A stretch of DNA of 64,000 nt from an uncultured Verrucomicrobiae bacterium (GTDB taxonomy: Bacteria; Verrucomicrobiota; Verrucomicrobiia; Chthoniobacterales; JAFAMB01), in the NCBI GenBank assembly GCA_963762565.1, contig CAVXLD010000001.1, positions 800,001-864,000 of the forward strand, read 5' to 3'. Both the position numbers and the translations under genes were made by a program. Shown here piece by piece: positions 28,922 through 39,475 of this stretch; positions within the stretch are counted from its first letter, which is position 1, and the number at the start of each line of letters is the position of its first letter. Below the pieces are notes generated by a model. It searched no databases. It saw nothing but the letters and a program-made list of their open reading frames with translations, and was not told the DNA's origin.

Positions 28922-30601
28922 CTACCCGCTTTTCGTCTCTTCCAAGCTGCGTAACTGCTCTTTTGCCCTCTCCATCTGGCTGGCTGGCGTCCTAAACATC
29001 GAACTAACAAGGAAACAGATCACGCATCCGATGAAGACCCACCAGGAGAAGGCCACGTTGGGGAAGGCCGCCGGCAGCCAACCTCCCAAATTCACCCCAG
29101 TTAACTCCCATTTACCATGCTGCAGAAGCTCACCGATATCTATCCAAGGCACTTCTACCCGTGCTACTATCACAACGATCACTATCGAGATCAGCATAGC
29201 CACGATGTTAGTGCGATCGTTACCGCGCGTCTTGGTTAACATCCCCACCAGAAAAACGCCCAATAGCGCACCATAGGTGTAGCCGATGATTCCCAAGGCA
29301 ATCGGCAAAATCGTCAACTTGGCGTCATGCAGCACACTGTTCGCGGTCGCTGTCGCCACCAGAATCATCAGTCCGCCAAAAACGAATGTCGCCAGCCGAG
29401 CCGCTCTAATAGCGGATTCAGCGCTCTGGCGCCGACCGAAATAGGGCAAATAGAAATCTTTGGTGAAGCTGGTGGCCAGCGCATTCAGCGCGGCTGAGGT
29501 CGATCCCATCATGGTGGCGAAGACGCCCGCCACGATAATGCCCCTCACCCCGATCGGCATCTGGGTTACGATGTACTGAGCAAAAATTTCATTGTCGGCC
29601 GGCGCTGGCGTTAGCGACGGATTAACCTGATAATAAACCCACAACAAAATGCCGACTAACAGAAAACTGATGGCCAGGGGTATGTCAGCTAAGCCGCTAA
29701 GGATTAGCGAGATTTGGGACCGCTTAAAATCGCGGGCAGTTAACATTCGCTGCACCATATCCTGGTCCGTACCATGAGTGGACATGGTTATAAAAGTAGA
29801 GCCAACTAACGCGGCCGCTAAGGTATAGGGATCCTCCAAAATCGACTTCAGACCGGCCCAAAAATTTTCAGGATGATTGAGTCCGGTCTGGAACAAGGGA
29901 GGAATACCTCCTAACTGTTCCGTTACTGTGCTTAAGCCGCCGGGGATGTGAGTTAGGATGAGGCCAATAGCGAGCAATACCGAACTAACCATTAACGTCG
30001 CTTGGATCATATCGGTCCAGACCACGGCCTTAATTCCGCCGATTGCGGTATAGATGGTAGTTAACGCGGTCACGAACACGATCCCCCAGAAGTAGATCCA
30101 GATGTCGATAGGCGTCCCCGGAAAAAGGTATTCCCAAATTACTTTGATGATCACTCCGCCTAGATAGAGCCGGACCCCAATTCCCAGGACCCGGGTCAGC
30201 AGAAAGATCCCGCTGGCCAGATTTTTCGTTAAAGGACCAAATCTGATGTCTAGAAACTCGTAAATACTCTGGACACCATAACGGTAATAGGGCCGGATAA
30301 AGGTGAAGGCGACGATGATTCGGGCCAAGACCGTGCCTATCGCCAATTGGGCGAAGACGAAACTGCGGGTTTTGAAGCCCTCGGCGGGCGTTCCCAGGAA
30401 CGTGGCCGCGCTAGTCTCGGCGGCCACAATGGACGCCAACACCGCCCACCAGGGAATCGTGCGCCCACCTAGAGCGAAATCGGTCAGGTTCCGATTTCTT
30501 CGGCCAGCCCAGAGCCCGATCCCGACAATCCCAAAAAAGTAAAGACAAAGGACGATGACATCTACGCTTAGAGCAAAGGGGCTGTGCCCAAAATCGGCCA
30601 T
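28922..30601 (-). CDS. Sodium:solute symporter family protein
   Basis: SIVAAETSAATFLG, GGIKAVVWTD, DQDMVQRMLTA; many TM segments. Confidence 0.92.
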   Translation of the reverse strand: MADFGHSPFALSVDVIVLCLYFFGIVGIGLWAGRRNRNLTDFALGGRTIPWWAVLASIVAAETSAATFLGTPAEGFKTRSFVFAQLAIGTVLARIIVAFTFIRPYYRYGVQSIYEFLDIRFGPLTKNLASGIFLLTRVLGIGVRLYLGGVIIKVIWEYLFPGTPIDIWIYFWGIVFVTALTTIYTAIGGIKAVVWTDMIQATLMVSSVLLAIGLILTHIPGGLSTVTEQLGGIPPLFQTGLNHPENFWAGLKSILEDPYTLAAALVGSTFITMSTHGTDQDMVQRMLTARDFKRSQISLILSGLADIPLAISFLLVGILLWVYYQVNPSLTPAPADNEIFAQYIVTQMPIGVRGIIVAGVFATMMGSTSAALNALATSFTKDFYLPYFGRRQSAESAIRAARLATFVFGGLMILVATATANSVLHDAKLTILPIALGIIGYTYGALLGVFLVGMLTKTRGNDRTNIVAMLISIVIVVIVARVEVPWIDIGELLQHGKWELTGVNLGGWLPAAFPNVAFSWWVFIGCVICFLVSSMFRTPASQMERAKEQLRSLEETKSG

Positions 30602-30700
30602 AGGTGTCGAGTATTGCAGATTTTAGCCCGCATTTCTCACAGAAGCGCAGCCCGGAGACGTAGCAGACGCCAGGCTTCTGTGAGAAATGCAGGCTGCGGG

Positions 30701-32017
30701 CTAGCCGGGAACGGTCAACAGCTTCGCCGCCGACTCAGGCAGGAGATTCTTGATCAGAACCCGCGAGTTTCTGCCGCTAACCTCATATTTTGCCCTCCGA
30801 GCAGGGGGCAGTACCTCTGGACCGGCCTCAGAGAAGCCCCCTTTCTGCTGTAGATAGACAAAGGCTTGCGTCGACAGAGCAAATAACCGCTCAAAACCGC
30901 GCTCACGCGCCAGGTTCTCTACAAAGGACATCAATTTGCGGCCTAGCCCCTGGTTTTCGCTCGAACGGCTCACGTAAAGACAAGCCAGTTCCGCCATCTT
31001 CTCTTCGGGGAATGGGTATATCGCGACACACCCGACAATATGGCGATCGATTTCCAGGACCCAATAATGTTCTATATCGGCGATAATTTCAGAACGGGTT
31101 CGCCTGACCAGTTCGTCATCGCGAATGGACTGTTGGATTAGGGAAACCACCGCCCTTACGTCCTTCTTGTACAACCGTCGAATCTGCTCGTACTCGTTGG
31201 AGTAGATCATCGTCCCGATCCCGCCGTTACTGAAAATCTCGGCCAAGAGCGCTTCGTTAACGTTGCCGTTTACCAGATGAACCCGGGGTATACCGTACTG
31301 GCACGCTCGGACTGCATGTTCAAGTTTGGACATAAGGTTCGTTGTGAGCTCCGCTTTCCGTTTTCGAATCACGTCCGCTACCTCGGTCGAAAGGATGTGA
31401 CCGATTCTCTCTCCGTCCAAAACCAACCCGTCGTGAGCCGATAAATAGATCAACTTTGTGGCATGCAACGCCTCTCCCACTTCGAGCGCAACCAGATCCG
31501 AGTTGACCCGATAGGTTCGGCCTTCGCCATCAAATCCAAGCGGGGGGATCACAGGGACAAAATCCTCCCTTAGCAACAAGTCCAACGAGTGAGTGTCAAC
31601 CCTCTCGATTTTTCCAGAATATTGGTAGTCGATTCCATGGATAATTCCGGTGGGGTGGGCGATGACGCAATTTGCGTAGGCGGCCCGGAGATCCACTTGG
31701 GTGAGACCCTCCATGATCTCGTTCGTTAACCGTATTCCCACATCGATCGATAGCTGGAGGGTGGGTGCATCAATGATCCCGGTCCCGTCAATGTTGGAAA
31801 CCGGCATCCCACGCTGAGCGGCGGCCCTTTGGATCTGGAAAGCCGCCCCATGCACCAGAACCACCTTGATGTTCAACGACCTGAGAACCGCGATATCCAG
31901 CAAGATGTTCGGAAAGTTTTCCGACTCCAGGATCTCGCCATTAATCGCAATAACAAAAACCTTATCTCGAAAACGCGTGACGTACTGCAGAATGCCACGG
32001 AGCTCTGGTAGTTTCAT
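30701..32017 (-). CDS. argA: Amino-acid N-acetyltransferase (N-acetylglutamate synthase)
   Basis: AAK domain (LVHGA) plus GNAT domain (ELACLYV..QGLGRKL, LFALST). Confidence 0.93.
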   Translation of the reverse strand: MKLPELRGILQYVTRFRDKVFVIAINGEILESENFPNILLDIAVLRSLNIKVVLVHGAAFQIQRAAAQRGMPVSNIDGTGIIDAPTLQLSIDVGIRLTNEIMEGLTQVDLRAAYANCVIAHPTGIIHGIDYQYSGKIERVDTHSLDLLLREDFVPVIPPLGFDGEGRTYRVNSDLVALEVGEALHATKLIYLSAHDGLVLDGERIGHILSTEVADVIRKRKAELTTNLMSKLEHAVRACQYGIPRVHLVNGNVNEALLAEIFSNGGIGTMIYSNEYEQIRRLYKKDVRAVVSLIQQSIRDDELVRRTRSEIIADIEHYWVLEIDRHIVGCVAIYPFPEEKMAELACLYVSRSSENQGLGRKLMSFVENLARERGFERLFALSTQAFVYLQQKGGFSEAGPEVLPPARRAKYEVSGRNSRVLIKNLLPESAAKLLTVPG

Positions 32018-32042
32018 TCGCGAAGACACTGAAAGCCCAAAA

Positions 32043-32696
32043 TTAAAGGAGTCCGACCAGCTGCTCAAGGGATAACACCTTTGCGGATGGAACCACCAGG
32101 TCTGCGACCGATAGATCCTGGCGCTCACTAAACTGGTTCGGGACTACCACCGCCCGCATTCCAGCCGCCTTCGCCGCGCGACAGCCTGGTTCAGAATCTT
32201 CCAACGCAACAGAGAAAGCGGGCGACACCTGCAGAGTTTCGGCTGCCTTTAGATAGACATCCGGCGCTGGCTTTGGATTGAGCACCATATCTCGGGTCAC
32301 AATCGCCCTGACAAAGTTGCGTAACCCCAATCGTTCCAACCCATCATTAACCCATCCAAAACCGGAATTGCTGGCTACCCCTACAGGAATGTCCGCATCC
32401 GCTGCGGCGAGCATCAACTCCCGAATCCCAGGGAGCACGCCTTGCTTAAGAGTTAAGTCCCAATTTCTGGCATCTCTTCTAGGAGCCAGATTCTGCCAAT
32501 CCAGCTTTCGTCCAAGTAAAGTCTCTAGGTGAGCTCCCGGATCGAATCCGCCAACATAGCCAGTGGCTCCCCTCCAATCATCCAGGGTTAGGCTTTGACC
32601 GAAATCGGCGTAGATCTCGTTCCAGCTATCAAAGCCGGGCTTCTCGGTGTCTACAATGAGACCGTCGAAATCGAATATTAGCGATTGCAGGTTCAA
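32043..32696 (-). CDS. HAD-family phosphatase
   Basis: FDFDGLIVDTE, KPAPDVY, LEDS..G. Confidence 0.9.
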   Translation of the reverse strand: MNLQSLIFDFDGLIVDTEKPGFDSWNEIYADFGQSLTLDDWRGATGYVGGFDPGAHLETLLGRKLDWQNLAPRRDARNWDLTLKQGVLPGIRELMLAAADADIPVGVASNSGFGWVNDGLERLGLRNFVRAIVTRDMVLNPKPAPDVYLKAAETLQVSPAFSVALEDSEPGCRAAKAAGMRAVVVPNQFSERQDLSVADLVVPSAKVLSLEQLVGLL

Positions 32697-32933
32697 GGTT
32701 TGCGAATTTCACCACAGAGTCACAGAGAAAATGGTGAAAAGTGAAAGGTGAAAAGCGATTCGACCAGCGCTCGGAGGGGTCACAGTATGGGCAAACAACT
32801 CAGTCCATCTTATTAAGCGATCCAGGTGATGTAAATCTTAGCGGACCGAAGCCCCCAAGTGCCCGCCCCACTACCTTTCACTTGTCACTTTTCACCTTTC
32901 ACCATCGCTGCCCTCGGTGGTGAAAGTTTGGCT

Positions 32934-33368
32934 CTACCTCTTAAGCGCCTCCTCGAACAGCTCCAAGTCGGAGAAAAAACGCTTCACTTCAATCGCGGCA
33001 TTCTCCGGAGAGTCTGAACCGTGAATCACGTTCATCATCGCGTCTTTGCCCAAGTCCCCTCGGATCGTCCCTTTGGCCGCCTTTCGCGAGTCTGTGGGTC
33101 CCATTAGATCCCGAACCCTTTTCACCGCGTCTTTGCCGTTTAAAGCGAAAGCGATTACCGGGCTTTGTTGCATGAACGAGCGCAATTCGGGGTAAAATGG
33201 ACGATCAGCGACGTGAGCATAATGTTCCGCGAGTACTTCTTCGGACAACAGCAGCATTTTGCACCCCACGATCTCGAGCCCGGCTCGCTCAAACCGGCTA
33301 ATGACCTCACCGCAATGCTTTTGCGCAATACAGTCCGGCTTCAGCAAAACTAAAGTAGTTTCCACCAT
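32934..33368 (-). CDS. ndk: Nucleoside diphosphate kinase
   Basis: TLVLLKPD, GTIRGD, NVIHGSDS. Confidence 0.98.
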   Translation of the reverse strand: MVETTLVLLKPDCIAQKHCGEVISRFERAGLEIVGCKMLLLSEEVLAEHYAHVADRPFYPELRSFMQQSPVIAFALNGKDAVKRVRDLMGPTDSRKAAKGTIRGDLGKDAMMNVIHGSDSPENAAIEVKRFFSDLELFEEALKR

Positions 33369-33439
33369 AGGTATGTGACAGCCCTATCGGTACTATCAGA
33401 ATGACAAATGACAAATAACAAATGACAGATGGCTCCAAG

Positions 33440-33562
33440 CCGTGGAGCGCTGCCTTCCCGCGGCCGCGGGACGAGGCCGTAGCAAAACCAGAGAGGGATC
33501 ACAGGATCGGTAGGGCGAAAACCCGACTTCGTCTCGCGGCGCCGGAAGGCAGCGCTCCACGG
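33440..33562. repeat. Inverted-repeat element of the CCGTGGAGCGCTGCC family
   Basis: CCGTGGAGCGCTGCCTTCC ... GGAAGGCAGCGCTCCACGG; also 36972-37161 and a solo arm at 60751. Confidence 0.78.
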
Positions 33563-33595
33563 GCGTTTACCCGCATTTCGGAATACATTGTTTGC

Positions 33596-34684
33596 ATGCC
33601 GCGCCACTCAGACACCGCGCCCCCCTCAAAAAACCAACCCCTTATTCGAGACCTACAGATCGACGAAGTCGCATTTGGCGGAGCCGGCATCGGCCGTTCG
33701 GACGGAAAGGTAATCTTTGTGCCTTTCACCATCGATCAAGAGATCGTCGATGTTCGACTTCATACGGTTCGTCGGAGCTACAGTGTCGGGCAGGTAACGG
33801 CTATCCGCCAACCCTCCCCGCACAGAATCATAGCTCCGTGCCCATTCTTTCAGAATTGTGGGGGCTGCGATTATCAACACATCGCTTACGCTCACCAGCT
33901 CACTATCAAACAAAGCCAGGTCGAACAAACGCTGAGGCGAATCGCCAAGCTGTCTGATTGTGAAGTTCACCCGATCAGGCCCAGCCCAAACCCCTTCGGT
34001 TATCGCAACCGCATCTCAATTCATAGTGACGGCGATAAAATCGGATTTTTCCAGAAAGGCAACCGTACCGTGGTCGACGTCTCGCATTGCCTGATCGCAT
34101 CCGAGACTGTGAATGCCAGGCTTTCCGCGTTCCGGGGCACTCGACCACCGGCAGGCGCGCATGCCACCTTGCGAGAAAACGAAGGAGTTACCACTTTCTC
34201 ACAAACCAACGATGAAGTTGCTCGTCTTTTGGTCGAATTTGTTAAAAGCCAAGTCAAAGGACCGGTCTTGGTAGATGGTTACTGTGGATCCGGCTTCTTT
34301 GCCCATCACCTGGCAGCTGAAGTTGAGAAGGTTATTGGGATAGACTGGAATCAACCAGCTATCAGGCAAGCCCAGAAAAAGGCGGGCCCGAACGAGACCT
34401 ATCTGTGCGGTGACTTGAGCGAACTATTGGATCGGGTCCTCGCAACAGAGACCCCTGATACGGTAATTCTCGATCCATCTGCAACTGGGCTCGACGACGA
34501 AGTTGTCGCCACCTTGGTTAGCCGGGTTCCATCAACTCTAATCTACGTGTCATGCAACCCGGCGACATTTGCTAGAGACCTAAACCGGGTCTCCCATCGC
34601 TTCCGGATTCGGGAGATTCAACCATTCGATATGTTTCCACAGACCGCTGCAATCGAAGTTGTCGGTGTATTGGGACGAATCTAA
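33596..34684 (+). CDS. RNA m5U methyltransferase (RlmD/TrmA family, TRAM domain)
   Basis: CPFFQNCGGCDYQH Fe-S motif, FSQTN, YCGSG, YVSCNPATFARD, DMFPQT. Confidence 0.9.
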   Translation: MPRHSDTAPPSKNQPLIRDLQIDEVAFGGAGIGRSDGKVIFVPFTIDQEIVDVRLHTVRRSYSVGQVTAIRQPSPHRIIAPCPFFQNCGGCDYQHIAYAHQLTIKQSQVEQTLRRIAKLSDCEVHPIRPSPNPFGYRNRISIHSDGDKIGFFQKGNRTVVDVSHCLIASETVNARLSAFRGTRPPAGAHATLRENEGVTTFSQTNDEVARLLVEFVKSQVKGPVLVDGYCGSGFFAHHLAAEVEKVIGIDWNQPAIRQAQKKAGPNETYLCGDLSELLDRVLATETPDTVILDPSATGLDDEVVATLVSRVPSTLIYVSCNPATFARDLNRVSHRFRIREIQPFDMFPQTAAIEVVGVLGRI

Positions 34685-34708
34685 CTTTTCTGGCAAACTC
34701 TTTCGGGT

Positions 34709-35476
34709 CTACATGCTGCCGAGTAGAATCCCAGTTAGAAAAACTAGGATACCGCCGATGACAACCTGAAAGAGAGCCTTGAGCAATGGAGTATCCATGT
34801 ACCGCTTGCGAATCCACGCAATGGCAGCCAACTCAATGCCTACCACCGCAATAGCAATCCACATTGCTATATAAAACTGCGGTATCAAAAATGGCAGGGT
34901 ATGGCCGATCCCGCCTAAGAAAGTCATCATACCGCATACGCTTCCGCGAAGCCACGGTTGGCCGCGGCCGCTGATCACGCCGTCATCGGACAGAGCCTCC
35001 GAGAAGCCCATGCTGATTCCAGCACCCACAGAAGCGGCTAGCCCGATGATGAACGCGGTGAATGAATTGTGGGTGGCGAACGCAGCTGCGAACACCGGCG
35101 CCAATGTCGACACCGACCCGTCCATCAACCCAGCCAGAGCAGGCTGGACCACGTGAAGCACAAACAATTTCCTTTTTACATGAGGATCATCGGCCGATTT
35201 GCTCGCTGAACGTTTAGCCGCTTCTTCATCTTCACTGCGGCGTCTATTATTCTCAACCGTCTTGGCCAATACCGCTCGAGACGACAGCCCATAGACACAC
35301 ATTAATTGTCGTAGCTGGGCCGATTGCCGCTGCCGCATGGTTAACAAAATCGACGCTGTTTCCGGACTCTCCGCGCGAATCCGGTCTGCCAGCGCGGCGT
35401 ACGCCCGTCCATGCTCTTCTTGGAGTGCCAGAGCGGCTGCAAAAGGAGCACTTGGAGAGTCTACTTGGGATGACAT
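34709..35476 (-). CDS. VIT1/CCC1 (MbfA-like) iron transporter with a short N-terminal domain
   Basis: QPALAGLMDGSVSTLAPVFAAA, ISMGFSEALSDDG. Confidence 0.82.
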   Translation of the reverse strand: MSSQVDSPSAPFAAALALQEEHGRAYAALADRIRAESPETASILLTMRQRQSAQLRQLMCVYGLSSRAVLAKTVENNRRRSEDEEAAKRSASKSADDPHVKRKLFVLHVVQPALAGLMDGSVSTLAPVFAAAFATHNSFTAFIIGLAASVGAGISMGFSEALSDDGVISGRGQPWLRGSVCGMMTFLGGIGHTLPFLIPQFYIAMWIAIAVVGIELAAIAWIRKRYMDTPLLKALFQVVIGGILVFLTGILLGSM

Positions 35477-35651
35477 AATCACACGGTTTAAGAATGTTCT
35501 TAGTACACCAACCGGAAGCTCGATTCCACTCATTCTCCCGTGGCGTCGCACTAGCTAACCTGGTTCCGGTCCGTTTGCTACTATCTTATGGCTTCGCTCT
35601 AAAATTGAGAAAGACTCACAGTTGCAAGTTTCTGCGACCAACGCCACGGCC

Positions 35652-35870
35652 TGGTAGGGCGAGGCTCCGGAACGACCTAGACACTTTCGCGAAGCTCAAT
35701 CGCTCGACCTCCTTGATGAATGTGTTACCCCGAAATGCCGCCGAGCCGGCACCCAACGCGTGCCATGTTCTTAACCTCGACAAACAAGTCTGCGATAGCG
35801 CACGTTCGAAGGCGACAATCTATATCCGTTGCGTTAGCTCACCCGGTAATTCCGGAGCCTCGCCCTACCA
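35652..35870. repeat. REPIN-like element (inverted GTAG-type REP pair)
   Basis: Same 20-bp IR as 25041-25292. Confidence 0.85.
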
Positions 35871-35874
35871 ACAA

Positions 35875-36933
35875 CTACACCAGCCCTCGATCAGTGAGCT
35901 CTTGCTTCAGATACGCGTAATAGATCGGCGCGACCACCAGGCCGCCTAACCCGAAAGCGGCTTCCATGAAAAGAATCGCAATCATAACCTCCCACGGCTT
36001 GGCTTTTATCTCCGAAGCCACAATACGGGCATTCAGGAAGTACTCCAGCTTATGGATAACGATAAGAAAAACACCGGAGAGAATGGCTGCCAATGGTGAA
36101 ACCGATAGGCTCGCGATCACAATCAATGAGTTTGAAACGATGTTCCCGAAGATCGGCAGCAATCCGCAAAAGAAAGTCACCACCACCAGAATCTTTGAGA
36201 ATGGAAGATTGATCCCGATCGCCGGCAAGAACACCAGAAGATAGATTGCTGTGAGCGCCGTGTTGATGGCAGAAATCCGGATCTGAGCAAAGGCAAATTG
36301 GCGGAAGGCCGTGGCAAACCGGGACACTCTGACGATCACCGCCGCGGCCAGAGGTTGTTGAAGTCTGCCGGGCGAAATTTGGAACAGAGACACTAACGCC
36401 CCAATCACCATGCCGATGAACCCACGCACAAAAAGGTGCAAAGTCTCCCTTCCGAAAGTCTGCACCTCCCTAGAGTGCTGGCCCAGCCAGCTGGAAATGA
36501 AAGTCTTGAGGTCGTCGACTGTACCCGGCATATAATCTTGGACTGCGGGTGGCAGCTTATCCCGGGCATCGACCAAGATGTGTTGGAGCTTGTCGGAGAA
36601 GACTTGTGGGCTGCCAGCATCGCTCTTCAGAAATGCGATTGTGCCGAGAACCAAGCCGGTAACGATAGCAATAATCAATATTGCCAGGCTGACCACCGCG
36701 AATCCTCTCGACCAACGGTTGATTAAGTGGCGCTCAATGATCGGCGCAATCAGGCCAATCAATTCGTAGACCAAGAAAGCACCCAGTAAAGCAGAGACCA
36801 GATGGGCAACAACAATCGCCGCAAGCGCTAAGCCAGTTAGCACCCACGAGGCGATCAGCGAGCCAGTAATCGGTTCGTCTGCCCCGGCCAACGGCGCAGT
36901 CACTGTTTCGGTCGGGCGAACGGTTTGGCTCAC
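35875..36933 (-). CDS. AI-2E family transporter
   Basis: AQIRISAINTALT, LLPIFGN, IHKLEYFLNARIV. Confidence 0.88.
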   Translation of the reverse strand: MSQTVRPTETVTAPLAGADEPITGSLIASWVLTGLALAAIVVAHLVSALLGAFLVYELIGLIAPIIERHLINRWSRGFAVVSLAILIIAIVTGLVLGTIAFLKSDAGSPQVFSDKLQHILVDARDKLPPAVQDYMPGTVDDLKTFISSWLGQHSREVQTFGRETLHLFVRGFIGMVIGALVSLFQISPGRLQQPLAAAVIVRVSRFATAFRQFAFAQIRISAINTALTAIYLLVFLPAIGINLPFSKILVVVTFFCGLLPIFGNIVSNSLIVIASLSVSPLAAILSGVFLIVIHKLEYFLNARIVASEIKAKPWEVMIAILFMEAAFGLGGLVVAPIYYAYLKQELTDRGLV

Positions 36934-36971
36934 AGGCTGAAGTCTCGATCTCTAAGAATGAATTGCAAGGC

Positions 36972-37161
36972 CCGTGGAGCGCTGCCTCGCTCGCGAGGCC
37001 GTGGTTAGCAAGGCTAAAGACGCAACAGACGCATCAGCCGCCTGCGCTCTAGTGCGTGTGAAGATGGCGGAAATATTAATACAGAGCGATGACAGCAATG
37101 AGGCGTGATCACATAATTCCCCTGGTCACCACGGCCTCGCAAGCGAGGCAGCGCTCCACGG
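36972..37161. repeat. CCGTGGAGCGCTGCC-family inverted-repeat element
   Basis: ~34-bp near-perfect terminal IRs. Confidence 0.78.
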
Positions 37162-37218
37162 CTGGCGACTCCTAGGTTCGCCAAGCTGCCTCGCCGCCCA
37201 CCAATCACCAATCACTAA

Positions 37219-38106
37219 TCACCTCTCACCCTCAGCATCCCTCCCAGTAATTCGTTCCAACCACGATCGTGGTCGCTGGCCGCCGAAGCCGGACGCGACC
37301 ACCAAAACCGGACGCGGAACCCAATTCACGAGCCGCCGGGTCATGTTCCCAAGCAGATAATCGCTGAATACGTCTCGGCTGGGTTTTGATCCCAGCACCA
37401 CTAGATCATAATCGCCAGTTTCGATTTCCGCGGCGATCTCCGCAGCGACCAGGCCCGAGCGCACTCGGACTTCAGTGGGAATCCCCGCCGCCTCAATCAT
37501 CTCTTTTTCAGCCCGGAGATTGCGCCCCAACACAGAGTCGGAGGCTAGCAAGGCAGAAACATTCACATCAGGTTCCGAGCGGTCGGAAACCATCACCGGC
37601 GCCTCCGGAAGAGCGGTAAATAAGGTCACAGAGGCACCGAGTCTCGGCGCAAACTCGATCACTAATTTTACTGCTGCCTCAATGTACGTTCCGCCCCCGC
37701 TGCAAATCAGGATCCGACGTATCTCCGGCCTTGAGACCGGAACCACCAGCACCGGCCGAAGCAGTATTTCAATAATCTCGTACGCCTTTTGAGAAAGAAC
37801 CGAGATCTGACCGCTCGGCTTGGCTTCACCCCCGATCACAATTAGATCGTAGTTTCCTTCAACCGCCCGCTTCTCGATCTCGGCTATCGGATCACCAAAC
37901 TTCGAGAGAATCTCGACGCTCACTCCTTGAGTCATAAACGCATGTTGCGTTCGCCGGATCGCTTCCAACAATGCAAGCTCGTCCGCCTCTAACTCAGTAA
38001 CTCCAAAGATAGTGACCTCGGACCGGGTAGCTGCCGCGATCTTCAGACAAAGCTGGATCGCGCTCTCGGATCGCTCAGTTCCTTCAGAGCAAAGAAGAAT
38101 TCTCAT
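37219..38106 (-). CDS. Tandem-domain universal stress protein
   Basis: Two Usp domains, each with DL(I/V)V.G and PVLVV. Confidence 0.88.
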   Translation of the reverse strand: MRILLCSEGTERSESAIQLCLKIAAATRSEVTIFGVTELEADELALLEAIRRTQHAFMTQGVSVEILSKFGDPIAEIEKRAVEGNYDLIVIGGEAKPSGQISVLSQKAYEIIEILLRPVLVVPVSRPEIRRILICSGGGTYIEAAVKLVIEFAPRLGASVTLFTALPEAPVMVSDRSEPDVNVSALLASDSVLGRNLRAEKEMIEAAGIPTEVRVRSGLVAAEIAAEIETGDYDLVVLGSKPSRDVFSDYLLGNMTRRLVNWVPRPVLVVASGFGGQRPRSWLERITGRDAEGER

Positions 38107-38212
38107 CGAGTCGGGCCAGAAAATAGCCAATAGCCTATAGCCAATAACATATCGAGATCCGTTTCCTTGGACATCATCATCTGAAAATTGGCTATCGGCT
38201 ATTGGCTATTCT

Positions 38213-39124
38213 TCAGTGGTGCCCGGTGATTAACGTGACCGCCACCAGGATAGCGCCAAGTAGAGGCAACGGGGCGAATGCCAGGCGAATCCACGGCCCA
38301 CTGAAATATTGGGTCAATCGAGCGCCAAGTTGGGCGCCAACTGCCGCTCCGGTATGCATCACTAAAGCGACTAGAATATCAACGTTTCCATTCATGGCAT
38401 GTCGGATGGCCCCGTAACCTGCCGAAATGATAATCTCAAAGAGGTCTGTGCCCACTGCGATATGGGTAGGAACCCCGAGAAGATAGACCATGGCCGGCAT
38501 CCGGATATATCCTGCACCGCCTCCAAGAAAGCCGCTGAAGAAGCCGCCAATCAATGAAACCAGTAAAATCGACCAAATCGAGATCTTCGCGATGCCGGAC
38601 TGCTTCAAGCTGATTTTTGGCCCGAGCGGGAAACCTTGAAAAGCTTTGGCCAAGCTGTTGAACACTAAAACGTCCGTTCTTGGACCGCCGGCTTCACTGG
38701 TCGATTCCCTAGATTTTCTCAAAGCCTGCCAACTCTCCCATCCCCCGAGGATCGAAATCACGGTGAAGACGATGATCGCGGTGAGACCAACAACTAGATT
38801 CACTTCCTTCAACTGTTTAAGCGCTTCGATCGCATCCACGCCGCCTTCGGAGCCGACCAACGTTCCGATCACCATCACCGCGGCCAGCTTCAGATCAATA
38901 TGACCGAGTATCCGGTGCTGGCGCGCTGCCACAATGGATTTACCCACGATGTGGATCAAATCCGTCCCCACGACAAAGTGATACGGCATCCCCAAACTGA
39001 ACAACGACGGGCCGGATAAGAAGCTGCCGCCCACGCCGAAGAATCCCCCAAGGATACCTATCACCAGACCCAGGATGGCCAACAGAAGCGGATTAATATG
39101 AACTCCGGAGATCGGAAAGAACAT
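38213..39124 (-). CDS. TauE/SafE family sulfite exporter-like protein
   Basis: GGFFGVGG, VGTDL repeated twice. Confidence 0.88.
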   Translation of the reverse strand: MFFPISGVHINPLLLAILGLVIGILGGFFGVGGSFLSGPSLFSLGMPYHFVVGTDLIHIVGKSIVAARQHRILGHIDLKLAAVMVIGTLVGSEGGVDAIEALKQLKEVNLVVGLTAIIVFTVISILGGWESWQALRKSRESTSEAGGPRTDVLVFNSLAKAFQGFPLGPKISLKQSGIAKISIWSILLVSLIGGFFSGFLGGGAGYIRMPAMVYLLGVPTHIAVGTDLFEIIISAGYGAIRHAMNGNVDILVALVMHTGAAVGAQLGARLTQYFSGPWIRLAFAPLPLLGAILVAVTLITGHH

Positions 39125-39126
39125 GT

Positions 39127-39369
39127 CTATTTCTTTCCGCTCCGAATCGCATAGCTCAGCGCAGTTATCAGCCTTTCGAGCCCGATTGCTTGCCCAACCA
39201 TAAGGAGCACGGAGGCCACAACGTAGTAGGTCCGCTGTTCATTAAACAGCCCATCCAACCAGGAACTTAAAAACCGGAGCACGAGATAAAAATAAATGAC
39301 CGCTACGACTGCGTACGCGGTCAGCTCAAAGGCGAGATATCTAAGGACTTTTTGGATGGGCTCTTTCAT
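39127..39369 (-). CDS. Small membrane protein (2 TM) upstream of tauE
   Basis: Two hydrophobic segments, 2-nt gap to tauE. Confidence 0.65.
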   Translation of the reverse strand: MKEPIQKVLRYLAFELTAYAVVAVIYFYLVLRFLSSWLDGLFNEQRTYYVVASVLLMVGQAIGLERLITALSYAIRSGKK

Positions 39370-39475
39370 TTAGTGGATTCGCCGCGGAGGCCGGCATGGC
39401 GATCAATTGAGTAGGAAATTGGTATAGTAGACTGAGCGGGTAGTGAAGAGGGTTCGTCAAGACAAAATGCACGAG

